Source of the DNA: Welwitschia mirabilis | Lineage: Eukaryota | Direction: 5' to 3' | Assembly: GCA_051453625.1 (NCBI GenBank) | Contig: JBOZIK010000001.1 | Location: 23,530,166 to 23,562,781, forward strand | DNA: 32,616 nucleotides | In this document: positions 1 through 13,420 of the stretch, one piece after another | Position numbering within the stretch: the stretch's first letter is position 1 | Layout: every line of letters begins with the position of its first letter | The notes under the pieces: generated by a model | The model's input: only the letters and a program-made list of their open reading frames with translations | Databases searched by the model: none | What the model was told of the DNA's origin: nothing | Position numbers and translations under genes: made by a program

Positions 1-429
1 TGAAAATACAATTTATCTATATCTATATGAAATCTTCATGAATTATATGATAAACTGCATGTTTTCATCTTGTGCTCATTGATTCTCAATTATCATAGAA
101 ATTGAGCATTTATCTCTTAGTTTATCTATAAAATAACTTAAAATACCCTATCAAATACACTTAAGTTGGCGTCACAACAGTTATAAAGGATCAAGTAACT
201 ATTAAATTCACCAGTACTTATATGGTAAATGAGAATATATCACCACAACTCAAGCTATCACAACTTGATAGTTTTAAGTTATGTTTTAGGAAATTACAAG
301 ATATCATTAAAGGAAAGGATCATAGGTAGATAAATTAAGCGATAATCTTTGAAACTCATTTATTTTCCTACATCACTAATTTCAGTTTTATTACCATTCT
401 AAAACTCTTCCTTTTTCCTTTTTTCTTTT

Positions 430-863
430 GTTTAGACTGTATTACAAGCTTGAGAAATTCCTATGGAAGAAGGATATTGGGCATTTACCTAGTTTATTCA
501 ACTTTATGGTACAATATAATGAACATATTTTGACACCTATAAGCATTCCCAAATATGTTTTATGATAGTAAAGTTTCTTACCTTTTTGTATTCCTCTACA
601 TTAAGTCCATAGCATCTTTCATTTATTGTCTTCTTGTTAAGAATTATGTGGTCTTTATCTTTATCATTTCATGAGCTCCTTAGCTTGACCACAAAGATAG
701 TAGCCCCATCTACTATTTAAGGCTTCATTTAAGAGGGAAATCCTTCTACAATTTCCTAATAGTTAAAACTCATTGCTTCAATGAATACTTACATTCTGGT
801 CTTATAAAACTCATAATTATCACAAGTAAAGTAGAATGAAAGGTTGATTGGCTAGCTTTTCAT
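430..863 (-). pseudogene. gag: Sirevirus-like Ty1/Copia gag N-terminus, degenerate
   Basis: Manual minus-strand translation from ATG at 863 gives MKS*PINLSFYFTCDNYEFYKTRM*VFIEAMSFNY*EIVEG and, further on, YGLNVEEYKKVRNFTIIKHIWECL*V. These match the SIRE gag pattern (RPPxFxGxNYxxWKxRMxxFIEAxDxxxWxIVExG; LxxEEFxRVxxCxxAKEIWxxLxV). The left boundary is approximate. Confidence 0.75.
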
Positions 864-916
864 GATAGATATCATATCAAAAAAATTAACTAATAAGCAA
901 AAATCCCTATATTAAA

Positions 917-928
917 GCTCTGATACCA
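917..928 (-). promoter_or_regulatory. Primer binding site (tRNA-iMet)
   Basis: Plus-strand GCTCTGATACCA is a perfect TGGTATCAGAGC on the minus strand. It lies 2 nt from the LTR-terminal CA (plus TG at 931-932) and upstream of gag. Confidence 0.9.
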
Positions 929-930
929 AT

Positions 931-1330
931 TGATATGACTGATTATCCTAGATGGGAGGGATGAATAAAATAGCTTAGATGATTTTTTTTAATTTAAATG
1001 TTTGACGCAAGATAGCATAAAGGAGCTTATAATATTCTAGAAGAAAATCAAATATCCAACCAAGTTTTATACTAAATTAGATATTGAACAAAGATGAAAA
1101 TAATTAAGCACAATGAATTATTATTGAGATACAAAATAAAAATAACAATGTAATAAAAACAAACGTATTTTTCTTTATTCCAAGTATCCACACATCCAAT
1201 GAGACTTTGTGATACTCCTTCACTAATATAATCAAGATTTTCTGATAATCCTTAGCCACAGTTATAAGAGAATCCAACTTTCTTAGTTTTACAATTGAGT
1301 AGAGTGTGATTGAAGCTAGTAATAGAGTAC
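931..1330 (-). mobile_element. Sirevirus-like 5' LTR, U5/R portion (interrupted by the Athila insertion)
   Basis: Starts with TG next to the PBS. The minus strand reads TTATTCATCCCTCCCATCTAGG near the LTR end, resembling the C-rich CTATTCACCCCCCTCTAG signal of Sirevirus LTR ends. Confidence 0.65.
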
Positions 1331-3149
1331 TATTATTGTTATTTGTTATAGTAAGAATGGGAGTGTTAAATAAACCAGGTACAGGCCTAGAATCGTTCTT
1401 CCATAAGAATATTCATGATAAACTTAACAAAAATAATACAATGGTTTAATCCTGCAATGAAAATTAAATTAAATGCAAAATTAAGTTTTGAGAATTTTGG
1501 TGAATTTCGATTCATGAGACAGAGAAAAACATGCTCCACAGATCCATATAGGATTGTCCAATAATCCCCCTTCATTCCAATGATTTCTTATAGCTTCTAA
1601 AACATAAGCTTTAAATCATCAAGTCAATGGCTTAAATGTGGTAACATAATCTCATTCACCACTTGAGTATTAGCGAATTCAATAGTCACTTGATTCTTCA
1701 TTGTCCTTTATGAACATAGAAGGTAAGGACAACTGTACTTAAGATCTGAAACATAATAATGAATACAACTAAAATTTAACTTTAGATAATTCACTTAATT
1801 CAAAATATCTTGATGTTGTAGTTCAACCTAAGGATTAAAAGTATCATTTTATTACACACTAAAAATCAAAATATGGACAAGCACTTTAATAGTAATACAA
1901 GAAATAGTTTCACCTAAGGATTAAAAGTATCATATTATTGTGTAATAGAAATTAAAGAATGAATAACTTATTCATGTATGAATTTAGAAAATACATTATA
2001 TCAAAGGAGGAAGATGCAAATGAAATGGACTCCTCAAACTAGCCTTGAAATACNNNNNNNNNNNNNNNNNNNNNNNNNNNNNNNNNNNNNNNNNNNNNNN
2101 NNNNNNNNNNNNNNNNNNNNNNNNNNNNNNNNNNNNNNNNNNNNNNNNNNNNNATACGTTTGCACCTAAGGGAGGTGTTTAGAAAGTCAGGGTGTCCTAA
2201 TGATCTAAGTATTCCCACTACATTTATCAACAAAATATTGTTTATAATAAAGGATTAAGGCCCTTTTATAGATAAGGGAAGGCTTAGACATCTTTGGCAT
2301 ATAGTAGTTAGTGGCAGTTACATAAGAAGCGTTACACTTTTGAGTAGTTACATTAGGAATAGGTTAAAAAATTTGTCATGTAGTATTAGGTCATATATTT
2401 GTTTTCTTATAATATATAGTCATGATGTGGCCTTTGGATGATGATTTTATTGCCAGTGGATGCTATGCCATGTGTTCTCTACATCATTGTACTTATTACT
2501 ATATGTTGCTATGACCTATCATTTTATGCCTTTGCCACATGTTGTTAAAGTTGATGGTTAATTCTGATTTTACTTCTGGCTAAGTTCATAAATGAAATGT
2601 GATGGCTTTTCCATAAATATGTGAAAATATAACAATGAAGTCATTCTACCCTAAAATACTAGTAGTGTTAGTGACCTGTATGACAGCACTAGCCGTTACA
2701 ATATCTCTTCCAAGAGATAAAAATTAACTTGAAGATGTTATGGAAAGATTCATAGTTTTATAATTCATGATAAAAAGGGTAGAAGACATAGTTTTATGAT
2801 AAAATAGTTATTTTAACATCTNNNNNNNNNNNNNNNNNNNNNNNNNNNNNNNNNNNNNNNNNNNNNNNNNNNNNNNNNNNNNNNNNNNNNNNNNNNNNNN
2901 NNNNNNNNNNNNNNNNNNNNNTGTATGACAGCACTAGACTTTTTTGATGGAAGATCTTCATGTTACAATATCTTTTTCAAGAGACAAAAATTAACTTGAA
3001 GATGTTATGGAAAGATTCATAGTTTTATAATTCATAATAAAAAGGGTAGAAGACATAGTTTTATGATAAAATAGCTATTTTAATGTCTTTGCTATGCTAA
3101 ATTAATTAAACAGACTTGGTTAAAATGTTAATTTTTGCATGTAAATACA
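1331..3149 (-). repeat. 3' LTR of the Athila-type element
   Basis: Colinear with 10030-13026: TTATTTGTTATAGTAA at both left ends, shared CTCCTCAAACTAGCCTTG, and CATGTAAA(T)ACA at both right ends. Contains assembly gaps. Confidence 0.85.
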
Positions 3150-3329
3150 TNNNNNNNNNNNNNNNNNNNNNNNNNNNNNNNNNNNNNNNNNNNNNNNNNN
3201 NNNNNNNNNNNNNNNNNNNNNNNNNNNNNNNNNNNNNNNNNNNNNNNNNNNAGATTTTGAAAATTTTTAATAAATTTTTGATAAATAAGGAATTAAAATT
3301 TAAAAAATTCCATAAAAATGGATGTCATA

Positions 3330-3360
3330 CCCCCAAACTCAAACTTAACTTTGTCCTTAA
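3330..3360 (-). promoter_or_regulatory. Athila-type polypurine tract motif
   Basis: The minus strand reads TTAAGGACAAAG...GAGTTTGGGGG, matching the conserved Athila GAGGACAA...AAGTTTGGGGG PPT block near the 3' LTR. Confidence 0.65.
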
Positions 3361-3929
3361 AGCTAAAGAGATATAAAAATTTAATACAATTCTTTTGAGA
3401 ACAAGTCAAAGTATTTGAAAATAAAATTTTGCATTACATGGCTTTTCATACAATACACTAGAAAATCACTTCGACTTAAGCATTAAAACTTTAGAAAAAA
3501 TTACAATGCAAAAACTTTAAACTAGCATGCAAACATTTCATTACAATACATATGAAAAAACTACAATAAAACACACTTCAATGCATATAATAAAATNNNN
3601 NNNNNNNNNNNNNNNNNNNNNNNNNNNNNNNNNNNNNNNNNNNNNNNNNNNNNNNNNNNNNNNNNNNNNNNNNNNNNNNNNNNNNNNNNNNNNNNNACAA
3701 TACATATGAAAATACTATAATAAAACACACTTCAATGCATATAATAAAATGCAAATTTCAACCAAAAGATCTTCTACGAGATACTAAACATTCTAGTTTT
3801 TCATCTATTTTCTTTTTTTTTTTTCGTGTGTGTGTAATAGTTTCTTCATTTTTTCCCATAATTTGCCAATACAAGTCTTATGCTTTTGTAGTAGCTATTA
3901 TTAAAATATTTCATTGGATTTAAAAAAAG

Positions 3930-4825
3930 AGGAGTAAGGAGGTTAAGTAAAAAGAGAAAGAGAAGGAGGATGGAAGGATTCTCCAATAGGCTCCTTCCCC
4001 TTATAGCAGGTTGTTATAGGTACATATGGAGTTACATACGAAGGAATGGAATGAATGGAGGATGGATCATGATGAATCTCTTTCTTTGGATATTGTTATT
4101 ACTATTCTTTCTATTCTTATTATTGCCTTGGGATCTAAGTAGTATAATGATACTTCTGAACTTAGTTAATCTTATGAGGGGTGATAGTTTCTATATAGGC
4201 TCTCTTCCAATCTTCATAATTTATAGTCTGGTAAAGGGTATTCCAAACGATATTTCAAATGAGGGAAGGTAAACGAAGGTTGCTTTTATATCATACATGG
4301 TTAATAATGATTATAAACAAGAATTAGGGCTTATTATCTTAAAGTATTCTAATGAGGTCTAAATCATTGCTATAAGCATTAGTGACATTTGACATAGGTA
4401 AAACATTACAAATGATAAATATAAATAAAGTTAGTTGGATTTTGTATAAAATCTTACATGGAAGGTACCTTCTTTGTTGGGAGCATACTCTACATCTAAG
4501 GTGTAATAATAATATTCCAAAGATTTTGCTAAAGTAAAAGAAAAATGGTCTAAGTGTTCTACCCTTAAGTTACTTTAAAGTTAACTAATAAAATGGAAAA
4601 TGAAGTGCGTTGAATATTTGAGTGGACTACCCAATGGTTTTCATTACCAAGTAGTGCATTATTATAAAATTTAACTACTTGCTTGGGATAGTAGAATGAA
4701 TTACCTTCCTTTAGCAGATAGCTTTAACCTTTGATCTTGATTATGGTAAGGTAGTATGAAGCAAACATATCTAGAAAGGAACTAAAAATTTCTTCTTTGA
4801 TGAAAGCATCTTGTCTTATACTCAT
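3930..4825 (-). pseudogene. Athila env-like (extra ORF) remnant
   Basis: The minus strand gives YYPKQVVKFYNNA (4655-4693; cf. YPxLVREFYAN) and ICNVLPMSNVTNAY (cf. IxxNLLPxSHxSxV). It sits between pol and the 3' LTR and has several stops and frameshifts. The left end is approximate. Confidence 0.6.
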
Positions 4826-6099
4826 ATTTCTAGAAAAATTAGCAAGAAAGAAAGGGAAATAGAGAAATAAAAAGAAATGATAGAGAGGGAGGAAGGTAAT
4901 ATGAGAGAAAGATCAAAAAATGTGATGAAAATGGGATTCTAAGGAAGATTGCATTAAAGAAGCATAGAAAAAATGAAAAACTGCAAGACATAGGACATAC
5001 CTTGATTGTGTAAAGAACTAAAAAATATGTAAGAATAATATAAGAAGATGCAAGGCATGAGAGTTAAACAAACGACAGTGGCACCAATTGTGATAATCAA
5101 CAGTGCTAGTAGAAAGAATAATGAATGGATGTGCAGCAAACAGGGGTTCAGCTATGGTGTGGACAAAGTGACGGACTTGTGGTGGTGATGCAAAAGTAAG
5201 AAAAAATGAGGGTCTTTATAGATGTATGATAAAAATATAACCATTAGATCATTCAAGCTTATCAATGATCAAGATGAGTTATAGCAAGGATTGAGGCATG
5301 CATTAATAGGTCTTTTCAAATAAACACAATTATGTTTGTGGATGTGTTTTCTTTTAAGAACACCAAGGTTAAAAATGCAAGTTAGGGACAACAAAACACG
5401 AAATCTAACAGGAAACAAATTAACCATAAATCTAAAAGATAAAATACCTAAATTAATGGTTACTTTTATGGAAAATTTTGCAAAGTTTATTTCAAATTTA
5501 AATAGATTACAATACCAAATAAATAAGATATCTTCTAAGTAAACCTAGAAAAATTCCAAAAATTAGTTAAGAAAATTTTTAAGTACTTAAGTTAAAGAAA
5601 GAAATCACATAAGTATCTCCAAATCCCACCTTTTTCTTTTTAATTTTTACCTTTTCCATAACTACACATGTTTATAGTTTTAAGCATTTAAAGCAAATTG
5701 AGCATCTAGAATTATGATGTCTCCTTCCAATAGAATTAAGCATGTTGTTTTATGAAGAAGTCAATGTTGCAACCAGCAAGCATCTGTAGCCCTAATGTAG
5801 TTGAACATGTCATAAATAGATTATTGAAGCTACATTAATAGTAANNNNNNNNNNTTTTTTTATGAAGAAATCAATGTTGCATTACCAGCAAGCATCTGTA
5901 GCCCTTGAACATGTCATAAATAGATTATTGTAGCTACATTAATAGTGAGCATCCATAGCCTTGATGTAGTTAACTAAATTTAATTTTAATTAATTAAAAT
6001 ACAATATGCTTTTTGAGAGAAGATAATTTATTTTCTTTTGATTTCTACTTCTCATATTTAATATTTTTTTATGCACAATAAAGGAGTCATTAACTCATT

Positions 6100-9000
6100 A
6101 GCCTAATAAAGAAAAATCTTGTTCCCATAAAGATGCTTAAAAATATGAAATATGATATTAAAGTAGATTTTACTTTTTCAACCATGTTTTCCTATTTTGG
6201 AGATCCTAAGTGACACTAACTTTAATAAGATAATTCAAAAATAAGCAAAACCGTTTCTTAAAAAATACAAGTAAATTTGAATTCTATCTAACTTGTAATG
6301 ACAAGGTGATCACTTATTAATGGTTTATTTGCTATAGTCCATCAACCAAGATCATCAAGTCTTAGAAATTTATGAATGGATGGTTTTATACTTGATCAGG
6401 TAATCAAAAAATAGAATGGGTATGTGAAATGATTTGGATAGGTAGTGATGGTTATGATTATTGATGAGAAAAACATCCTTAGGGATAAATGAATTGGTTA
6501 TGCTTTGGGAAGCACTACTATAAGTGAGTTTTTCAAAGGGATGGAATGTGAAAGGTTCAAAAATATTACAATTATGGGGCTCAAAACCTTGATTATTTGA
6601 AAAGGCTCTAGGGTGGATAACATTTTCATGAATTAACTCTGCATATGAATGTAAAAACTTTGAAACAACAACAAAGGTATAATTAAAAGATTCTAAAATT
6701 TTAAAGTCGATCAGGATCCATTCGATTACATTTCCATACTTTTATAATAAATATTTAAAAGGAGAGTTAAAAGCATTGAAATCATTATGATAATAACAAC
6801 TGTTCATCTCAATAAAATAAGGATTAAAATCATGAATGCCATGTATAAAATTAGCAGCATTATTATTCTCTGTTAATTCCATAGTGTTGAAAATATTTAG
6901 ATCCATTATCAAGTTTTCAAAAGAAATTTTCATGCAACTATTTGTACAATTAATAAAATAATTTGACGTTTCTAGAAATGGTCCACAGAAAATGATTAAA
7001 AATAAATTATGCTTGGTTTCATTCATTTCTAAGATAATGAAATCAACCAAAAAATAACAGTTATCTATTCACATAATTATGTCTTCAATAATTCGTAACA
7101 GTAATTTCAATGAGTTGTCTTCTAACTAAAATTGGATTTTAGTATTTTTAAGAGTATTAAGGCCAAGTTGTTTGTAAACTGAATGGGGTAAAAGATTCAC
7201 ATTTACTTCTAAATCTAGCAAGGCCTACTAAGATGGTTATCTCCAATTGTGATGTCGATTCTGGGATAACTATGATATTTGTATTTGGGAGGTATTTGAT
7301 CTTGACTAATTGCACTTATTTGTTGGGCTAAAAAAGCCTTTTTTTAACATACATTTTCCTCTTAATCATACACATATCTTTCAAGAATTTTATGTAATAG
7401 TGCATTTGTCTAATTATGTGTAACAGTGGCATGTTGATTCTTTTTGAAAATTTCTAAATCTTTTAATTGCTTCTTTTTAATGTCCTCCTTCCTAAATTGT
7501 TGTGGAAAGGGTAGAGGTTCTTAGTAAAGAGGTAAAGGTTCTTCTAAGATTCCATCCTTCTTATTGTTTTCTATGGGGATCGGTCCTTCTTTAGTTACAT
7601 TTTTCTCTAATTGTTTGATCAACTCTTTCTCACTTTCAAGATGAATAACCCTAGTTTCTTTGATTTGATTAGGCTCTAATCCTTTTATGGATCTAACTCC
7701 TTTAGCATTTAACTATGAGCTTATGTAAAGTTTTTTAGGTTATCTTTGGTTTAGAGAAGAAAGAATCTATTAAATAATTTTCATTTGGATTTGCGTGACT
7801 TCTTTAATATTGCTTAAGAGTTCTTTCATGATTATAATTAGCTTAGGTTTGATCACAGTTAGTTTAGGCTTATGTATCCATGAATTTTCTCTATGATTCC
7901 TTTAATGGAGTAGATGATAAGGGTGGTTGGTAAGTTAATGATGATGGAAATGGATTTCTTGATTGACTAACATGATTATGATCATGGAAATTATTTTGTC
8001 TCCAAGAAAAGTTGGGGTGGTTCCTCCACCTGAGATTGGAAGTTTTAAATAAGGGTTATTTTTACTACTCTTCTACTAGCATCCTATGGTATTAAGTTAT
8101 TCATTTACAGTGTTCTAAAAGATGGATGTAGAAGAATACTTAGGTGTTTCATGAGAATCAAAGTTGCAGATAAGGCATTCAAGTGTAAAAGTCAATGGTT
8201 TAGAGGGAGCAAAAATGAGTTCTAATCTTCTCGATAATTCATCTATTTGATTATTAATACCAAAATTGTTTGGAACTCTAAAAATGCTAGTGAATCTAAT
8301 AGATAAATAAGATCTAGATTGTTTATTTGGTTTATCCTAATCTTTAGATCTTTTGGCTACTATTTTGAGGTAATCCCATACTTCATCTAGTGGTAGACTG
8401 AGGAAACAACCTATACTTATCATCTCAACTAATTGCTTATTATTGGTAGATATCCATCATAAAAGAAACTAATCTCTCTACCTAGCTTCAATTCATGTTG
8501 TGGGCATTTTTGAAGTAAATCCTTAAACCTCTCTAAGGATTAAGAGAAAGTTTCATGATCCTTTCATTGATAATTCATAATCTCTTGCCTTAAAGCATTT
8601 GTCTTATGATTTAGAAAAAAAAATTGAAAATGAATGCTTTATTTAAATTAACCCATGTCCTAATTGATTTCAGTTTAAGGGTGCAGAGCTAAGACTTAGC
8701 CTTTTCTTTTAAGGTGAATGGGAAAAAGAATAAGTCTAATGGTATTATAGGTATTGGAGAATTATGATAGGATAGATATCACACGATTAAATTGTTTGAG
8801 ATGCACATAAGGATGTTTTAATTCTGAGCCATAAAAGTAGAGTAGTAACTAAATTGTGAAAGGCTTAAAATCTAGTATATTGGCTATCAATGATTAGGTT
8901 ATGCATGAGGATGCTCCTAAACATTGGGGTTGTAAATATTATCATGAGGTTTTCTTAGGGGTTATTATTGGATTGATTTTACAATTTGTTTTGGACAATG

Positions 9001-9268
9001 TTTATTATTATTTCTTGACCAAGATATTAGGTAAATTTGTTGTTTATTAGCTCTTAATTTGATTAAGGTATATAAAAAGAACATTGAAAATCATATTGAA
9101 CATTTTAGTTGTGTTGTTGGGATGTGGATGCTTATTCTTCTTAGGAATTATCATTAGGTTAATTTTTAGGTAGAATTATTTATTCGTCATTACTTTTAGT
9201 ATTAAGATCCATGTTATTTTGAAAGCATTCCTAATTAATTAACCTAATTCATCTTGGATCCAAGACAT
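6100..9268 (-). pseudogene. gag-pol: Athila gag-protease polyprotein remnant, RT/RNase H/integrase largely absent
   Basis: MSWIQDELG*LIR start at 9268; LFPFTLKEKAKS*L..LKSIRTW; ERFKDLLQKCPQHE..FFYDG; WRNHPNFSW; protease ALLDLEVNVNLLPHSVYKQLGL (from about 7224); ORF 6742-7050 VDFIILEM..GPFLETSNYFINC..MDLNIFN; WTIAN (cf. GWTIAD) near 6335. Confidence 0.9.
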
Positions 9269-9994
9269 GCAAGTTCAGACAAGTTTTAAAGGAGGCCTAA
9301 ATAATAGATAGTTTTTTAACAGTTTACAAAAGGTTCAATTTAAGTTTTAGGAGCTTCTACTTAGAAATGCCAGTGGCACTGTCAGGTAAGGCAATGGTGT
9401 TAGACAAGGTAAGTATTATGACTTGGAAAAAAGATGAAAAGTTTATAGTGTTTAGAGAAAAAGTTCAAAGTTACAAGGTAATAGAAAATTTTAACAAAAA
9501 ATAAAAATGAGAGAAAACTAAAGTAAAACCAATGGAAAATAAATCCTAAATGTTTTTCATTTTATAAATTTTATCAGAATTTGTAAAAATAGAATAGAAA
9601 CTTAAATAAATGAATGAAAAATTTAAAATAAACAAAATAGAAAATACACGAGGCTAGAGTTCTAATTTAGTTTTTCACTTTTTTACAATCGTTATTTTGG
9701 TTGTGACCTACAAAAAAATCATTAGAACTATAACACAAAATATCAGATATGGATATGATTTTCAATGTTAGAATGAAAATTAAATAAAACTCAAAATAAG
9801 ACCGAGTCAGATTTCACTGGAAAAGGACTAGTACCCATCACTGAAAAGAAAATAAACACTCAAAAGAAAAAGAAAAGGACCAATTTAGATATCACTGGAA
9901 AAGATACCAATACCAATAATTGGGAAAATAAAAACTAAATTAAAAATTTGTAAGAAAAAAATTATGTAACTTTTGAAAAGCTAATGTGCCAATA

Positions 9995-10016
9995 TCCTTA
10001 GCAATGGCACAAAAAA
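9995..10016 (-). promoter_or_regulatory. Degenerate Athila-type primer binding site
   Basis: TCCTTAGCAATGGCACAAAAAA is a mostly transition-eroded form of TCCCCGGCAACGGCGCCAAAAA (minus strand TGGCGCCGTTGCCGGGGA), adjacent to the 5' LTR. Confidence 0.75.
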
Positions 10017-10022
10017 TCTATT

Positions 10023-13000
10023 TGCTATGAATTATTATTATTTGTTATAGTAAAAATGTAAATGTCAAATGAACTAGATAAGGACCTAGTATCATTTTTT
10101 CATAGGAATATTTACAATAAACTTAACAAATGTGACATAATAATTTAAATGTATAATGAAAATTCAAAAAATGTAAAATCAATTTTCGAGAATTTTGATA
10201 AACTTCAATTGATGACATAGGAAAACAAACATGCTCCAGATGTCTAGCTTGTCTTGTTCAACAACTCACATTTACTCTAAAAATTTTCTATAATTATTAA
10301 AACATAAGATTTAATCATTAAGTTATAATGGCTCAAGCATGATGACATAATCTAATTCACCACATGAGTGTTAGGGAATTTCATAGTCACTTGGTCCTTC
10401 ATAGCCCTTTATGAACATAGAAAGTAAGGACAACTATATTAAGATNNNNNNNNNNNNNNNNNNNNNNNNNNNNNNNNNNNNNNNNNNNNNNNNNNNNNNN
10501 NNNNNNNNNNNNNNNNNNNNNNNNNNNNNNNNNNNNNNNNNNNNNATTATTATTTGTTATAGTAAAAATGTAAATGTCAAATGAACTAGATAAGGACCTA
10601 GTATCAATTTTTCATAGGAATATTTACAATAAACTTAACAAATATGACATAATAATTTAAATGTATAATGAAAATTTAAAAAATGTAAAATTAATTTTTG
10701 AGAATTTTGATAAACTTTAGTTTATGACATAGGAAAACAAACATGCTCTAGATGTCTAGCTTGTCTTATTCAACAACTCACATTTACNNNNNNNNNNNNN
10801 NNNNNNNNNNNNNNNNNNNNNNNNNNNNNNNNNNNAATTATTGAAACATAAGATTTAATCATTAAGTTATAATGGCTTAAGCATGATGACATAATCCAAT
10901 TCACCCCATGAGTGTTGGGGAATTTAATAGTCACTTGGTCCTCCATAGCCCTTTATGAACATAGAAAGTAAGGACAACTATACTTAAGATATATAACATA
11001 CTAGTAACTATAACCAAAGGTTATCTTTAGAGAATTCACTCAATTCAAAAGATCTTAATGATTTAGTTTCATCTAAGAATTAAAAGTACTTGTTAAAATG
11101 CACTAAAAATTTAAAGAATGAACAACTACTTTAATAGTAATATAAGAAATAGTCTCACCTAAGGATTAAAGTACCATATTAATGTGCACTTGAAATTAAA
11201 GAATGAATAGCTTATTCTAGTATTAAGTTAGAAAAGACATTACATCAAAGGAGAAAGATGAAGCTAAGATGAACTCCTCAAACTAGCCTTGGAATAAGTG
11301 TGCTTCCAAGAAAGGTTCTTAAAAATCGATAACATTCTAACACTCTAAGTATTCCCACCACATTCACCAACCAAATATTATTTATAATGAGGGATCAAAA
11401 CCCTTTTNNNNNNNNNNNNNNNNNNNNNNNNNNNNNNNNNNNNNNNNNNNNNNNNNNNNNNNNNNNNNNNNNNNNNNNNNNNNNNNNNNNNNNNNNNNNN
11501 NNNNNNNACAGTCTGATACTCTAAGTATTTCCACCACATTCACCAACCAAATATTATGTATAATGAGGGATCAAGACCCTTTTATAGATGATAGAAGCTT
11601 AGGCATCTTTGGCATGTAGTGGTTGATGGCAGTTACACAAGGTGAACAAAGGGGATTATACTTTTGGGTAGTTACATTAGGAAGATGTTACAAAATTTGT
11701 CATATAGTGTTAGGTAAGATCTTTATTTTCTTATGAGAAGTAGTCATGATGTATCCTTTAAATGATGATGTTATTTCCATCAGATGCTATGCCATGTGTC
11801 CTTCACATCATCGTACTTGTTATTACCACATGTCACCGTAATATGTCATTTGTTGCCTTCACCACATGTCATTGAAGTTGATGATTGATTTTGATCTAAC
11901 ATCCAACTAAGCCCATAAGTGGAATGTGATGTATTTCCCATAAAGATGTAAACACANNNNNNNNNNNNNNNNNNNNNNNNNNNNNNNNNNNNNNNNNNNN
12001 NNNNNNNNNNNNNNNNNNNNNNNNNNNNNNNNNNNNNNNNNNNNNNNNNNNNNNNNNNNNNNNNNNNNNNNNNNNNNNNNNNNNNNNNNNNNNNNNNNNN
12101 NNNNNNNNNNNNNNNNNNNNNNNNNNNNNNNNNNNNNNNNNNNNNNNNNNNNNNNNNNNNNNNNNNNNNNNNNNNNNNNNNNNNNNNNNNNNNNNNNNNN
12201 NNNNNNNNNNNNNNNNNNNNNNNNNNNNNNNNNNNNNNNNNNNNNNNNNNNNNNNNNNNNNNNNNNNNNNNNNNNNNNNNNNNNNNNNNNNNNNNNNNNN
12301 NNNNNNNNNNNNNNNNNNNNNNNNNNNNNNNNNNNNNNNNNNNNNNNNNNNNNNNNNNNNNNNNNNNNNNNNNNNNNNNNNNNNNNNNNNNNNNNNNNNN
12401 NNNNNNNNNNNNNNNNNNNNNNNNNNNNNNNNNNNNNNNNNNNNNNNNNNNNNNNNNNNNNNNNNNNNNNNNNNNNNNNNNNNNNNNNNNNNNNNNNNNN
12501 NNNNNNNNNNNNNNNNNNNNNNNNNNNNNNNNNNNNNNNNNNNNNNNNNNNNNNNNNNNNNNNNNNNNNNNNNNNNNNNNNNNNNNNNNNTATGCCATGT
12601 GTCCTTCACATCATCATACTTGTTATTACCACATGTCACCGTAATATGTCATTTTATGCCTTCACCACATGTCATTGAATTTGATGGTTGATTTTGATCT
12701 AACATCCAACTAAGCCCATAAGTGGAATGTGATGTCTTTCCCATAAAGATGTGAACACATAACAATGAATTCATTCTTCCTTAAAAGACTAATGGCACCG
12801 ATGAACTGTATGGCAACAATCGCATTTTCTACTAGAAGTTCTTTATTTTTCAATATGTCTTTTAAAAGGCATAAATTGAAAATATTATAAGAAAGTTCAT
12901 AATTTCATGATTCATAATAAAAAGTGTAAAATATAATTTTATGATAAAGTTGCTATTTTAATATCTTTGCCTATGCTAAATTAATTAAATATACTTGGTT

Positions 13001-13026
13001 GGAATGCTAATTTTTTCATGTAAACA
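10023..13026 (-). repeat. 5' LTR of the Athila-type element (inflated by gaps and gap-flanking duplicates)
   Basis: Homologous to 1331-3149. Similarity ends at CATGTAAACA (13026), so the minus strand starts TG. Confidence 0.85.
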
Positions 13027-13215
13027 AGTATAAGAGAAGAATAAAGGATGCTTGGAAGAATTATATAGTGAATTTGACAAAATGGCACTAATTACTACAA
13101 TAGCTAAATTATTTATACAAAGGAGATTCTAGTTAATGTAGATCAGGATGATGAGAAATTTTCCATTGAAACCTTTTAAATAGTTATTAAGCTTTCTAGG
13201 ATGGTATACCATTAG

Positions 13216-13420
13216 TTTTTTTTCTTTTTCTTTTTTNNNNNNNNNNNNNNNNNNNNNCAAAGAGATAGCAGGTAGGTAATTTTATACCACACAAATGCCC
13301 AGTGGCACTTGGGCTTACAAAATATATTTCATTTGTATTCCTTATCACTATCAGGGTTTGAACTTTGGACCTCTAGGTCCATGTGTCTGTGACCTTACCA
13401 TTCTGGTAAGTAGTCATTGA
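13216..13420 (-). mobile_element. Probable tRNA-derived SINE
   Basis: Minus strand has an A-box-like TTACCAGAATGG, a B-box-like GTTCAAACCC about 35 nt downstream, a short body with hairpin GCCCAGTGGCACTTGGGC, and an A-rich tail (plus-strand T run at 13216-13236). Confidence 0.55.

Larger units (their letters stand above)
1331..13026 (-). mobile_element. Athila-type Ty3/Gypsy LTR retrotransposon, internally deleted and degenerate
   Basis: Two homologous long LTRs, an Athila-type PBS, gag-protease remnants, an env-like ORF remnant and the AAGTTTGGGGG PPT motif, all in the same orientation. Candidate TSD AGTAC (1326-1330) / AGTAT (13027-13031). Confidence 0.85.

Noticed and set aside
1826..1936. 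Repeat CCTAAGGATTAAAAGTATCAT inside the Athila LTR
   Set aside because: Also present in the other LTR, so it is an ordinary internal LTR repeat.
2677..3085. Gap-flanking direct repeats as biological tandem duplications
   Set aside because: They recur at most N gaps, many of exactly 100 nt, regardless of element, so an assembly origin is far more likely.
3970..4272. 100-aa hydrophobic ORF on the plus strand as a membrane protein
   Set aside because: It is antisense to the Athila env-like remnant, and the Leu/Phe/Ile richness follows from T-rich composition.
11846..12639. Long ORFs in the supplied track (250 and 247 aa; also 18427-18885 and other X-rich ORFs)
   Set aside because: They are open only because they run through N gaps.
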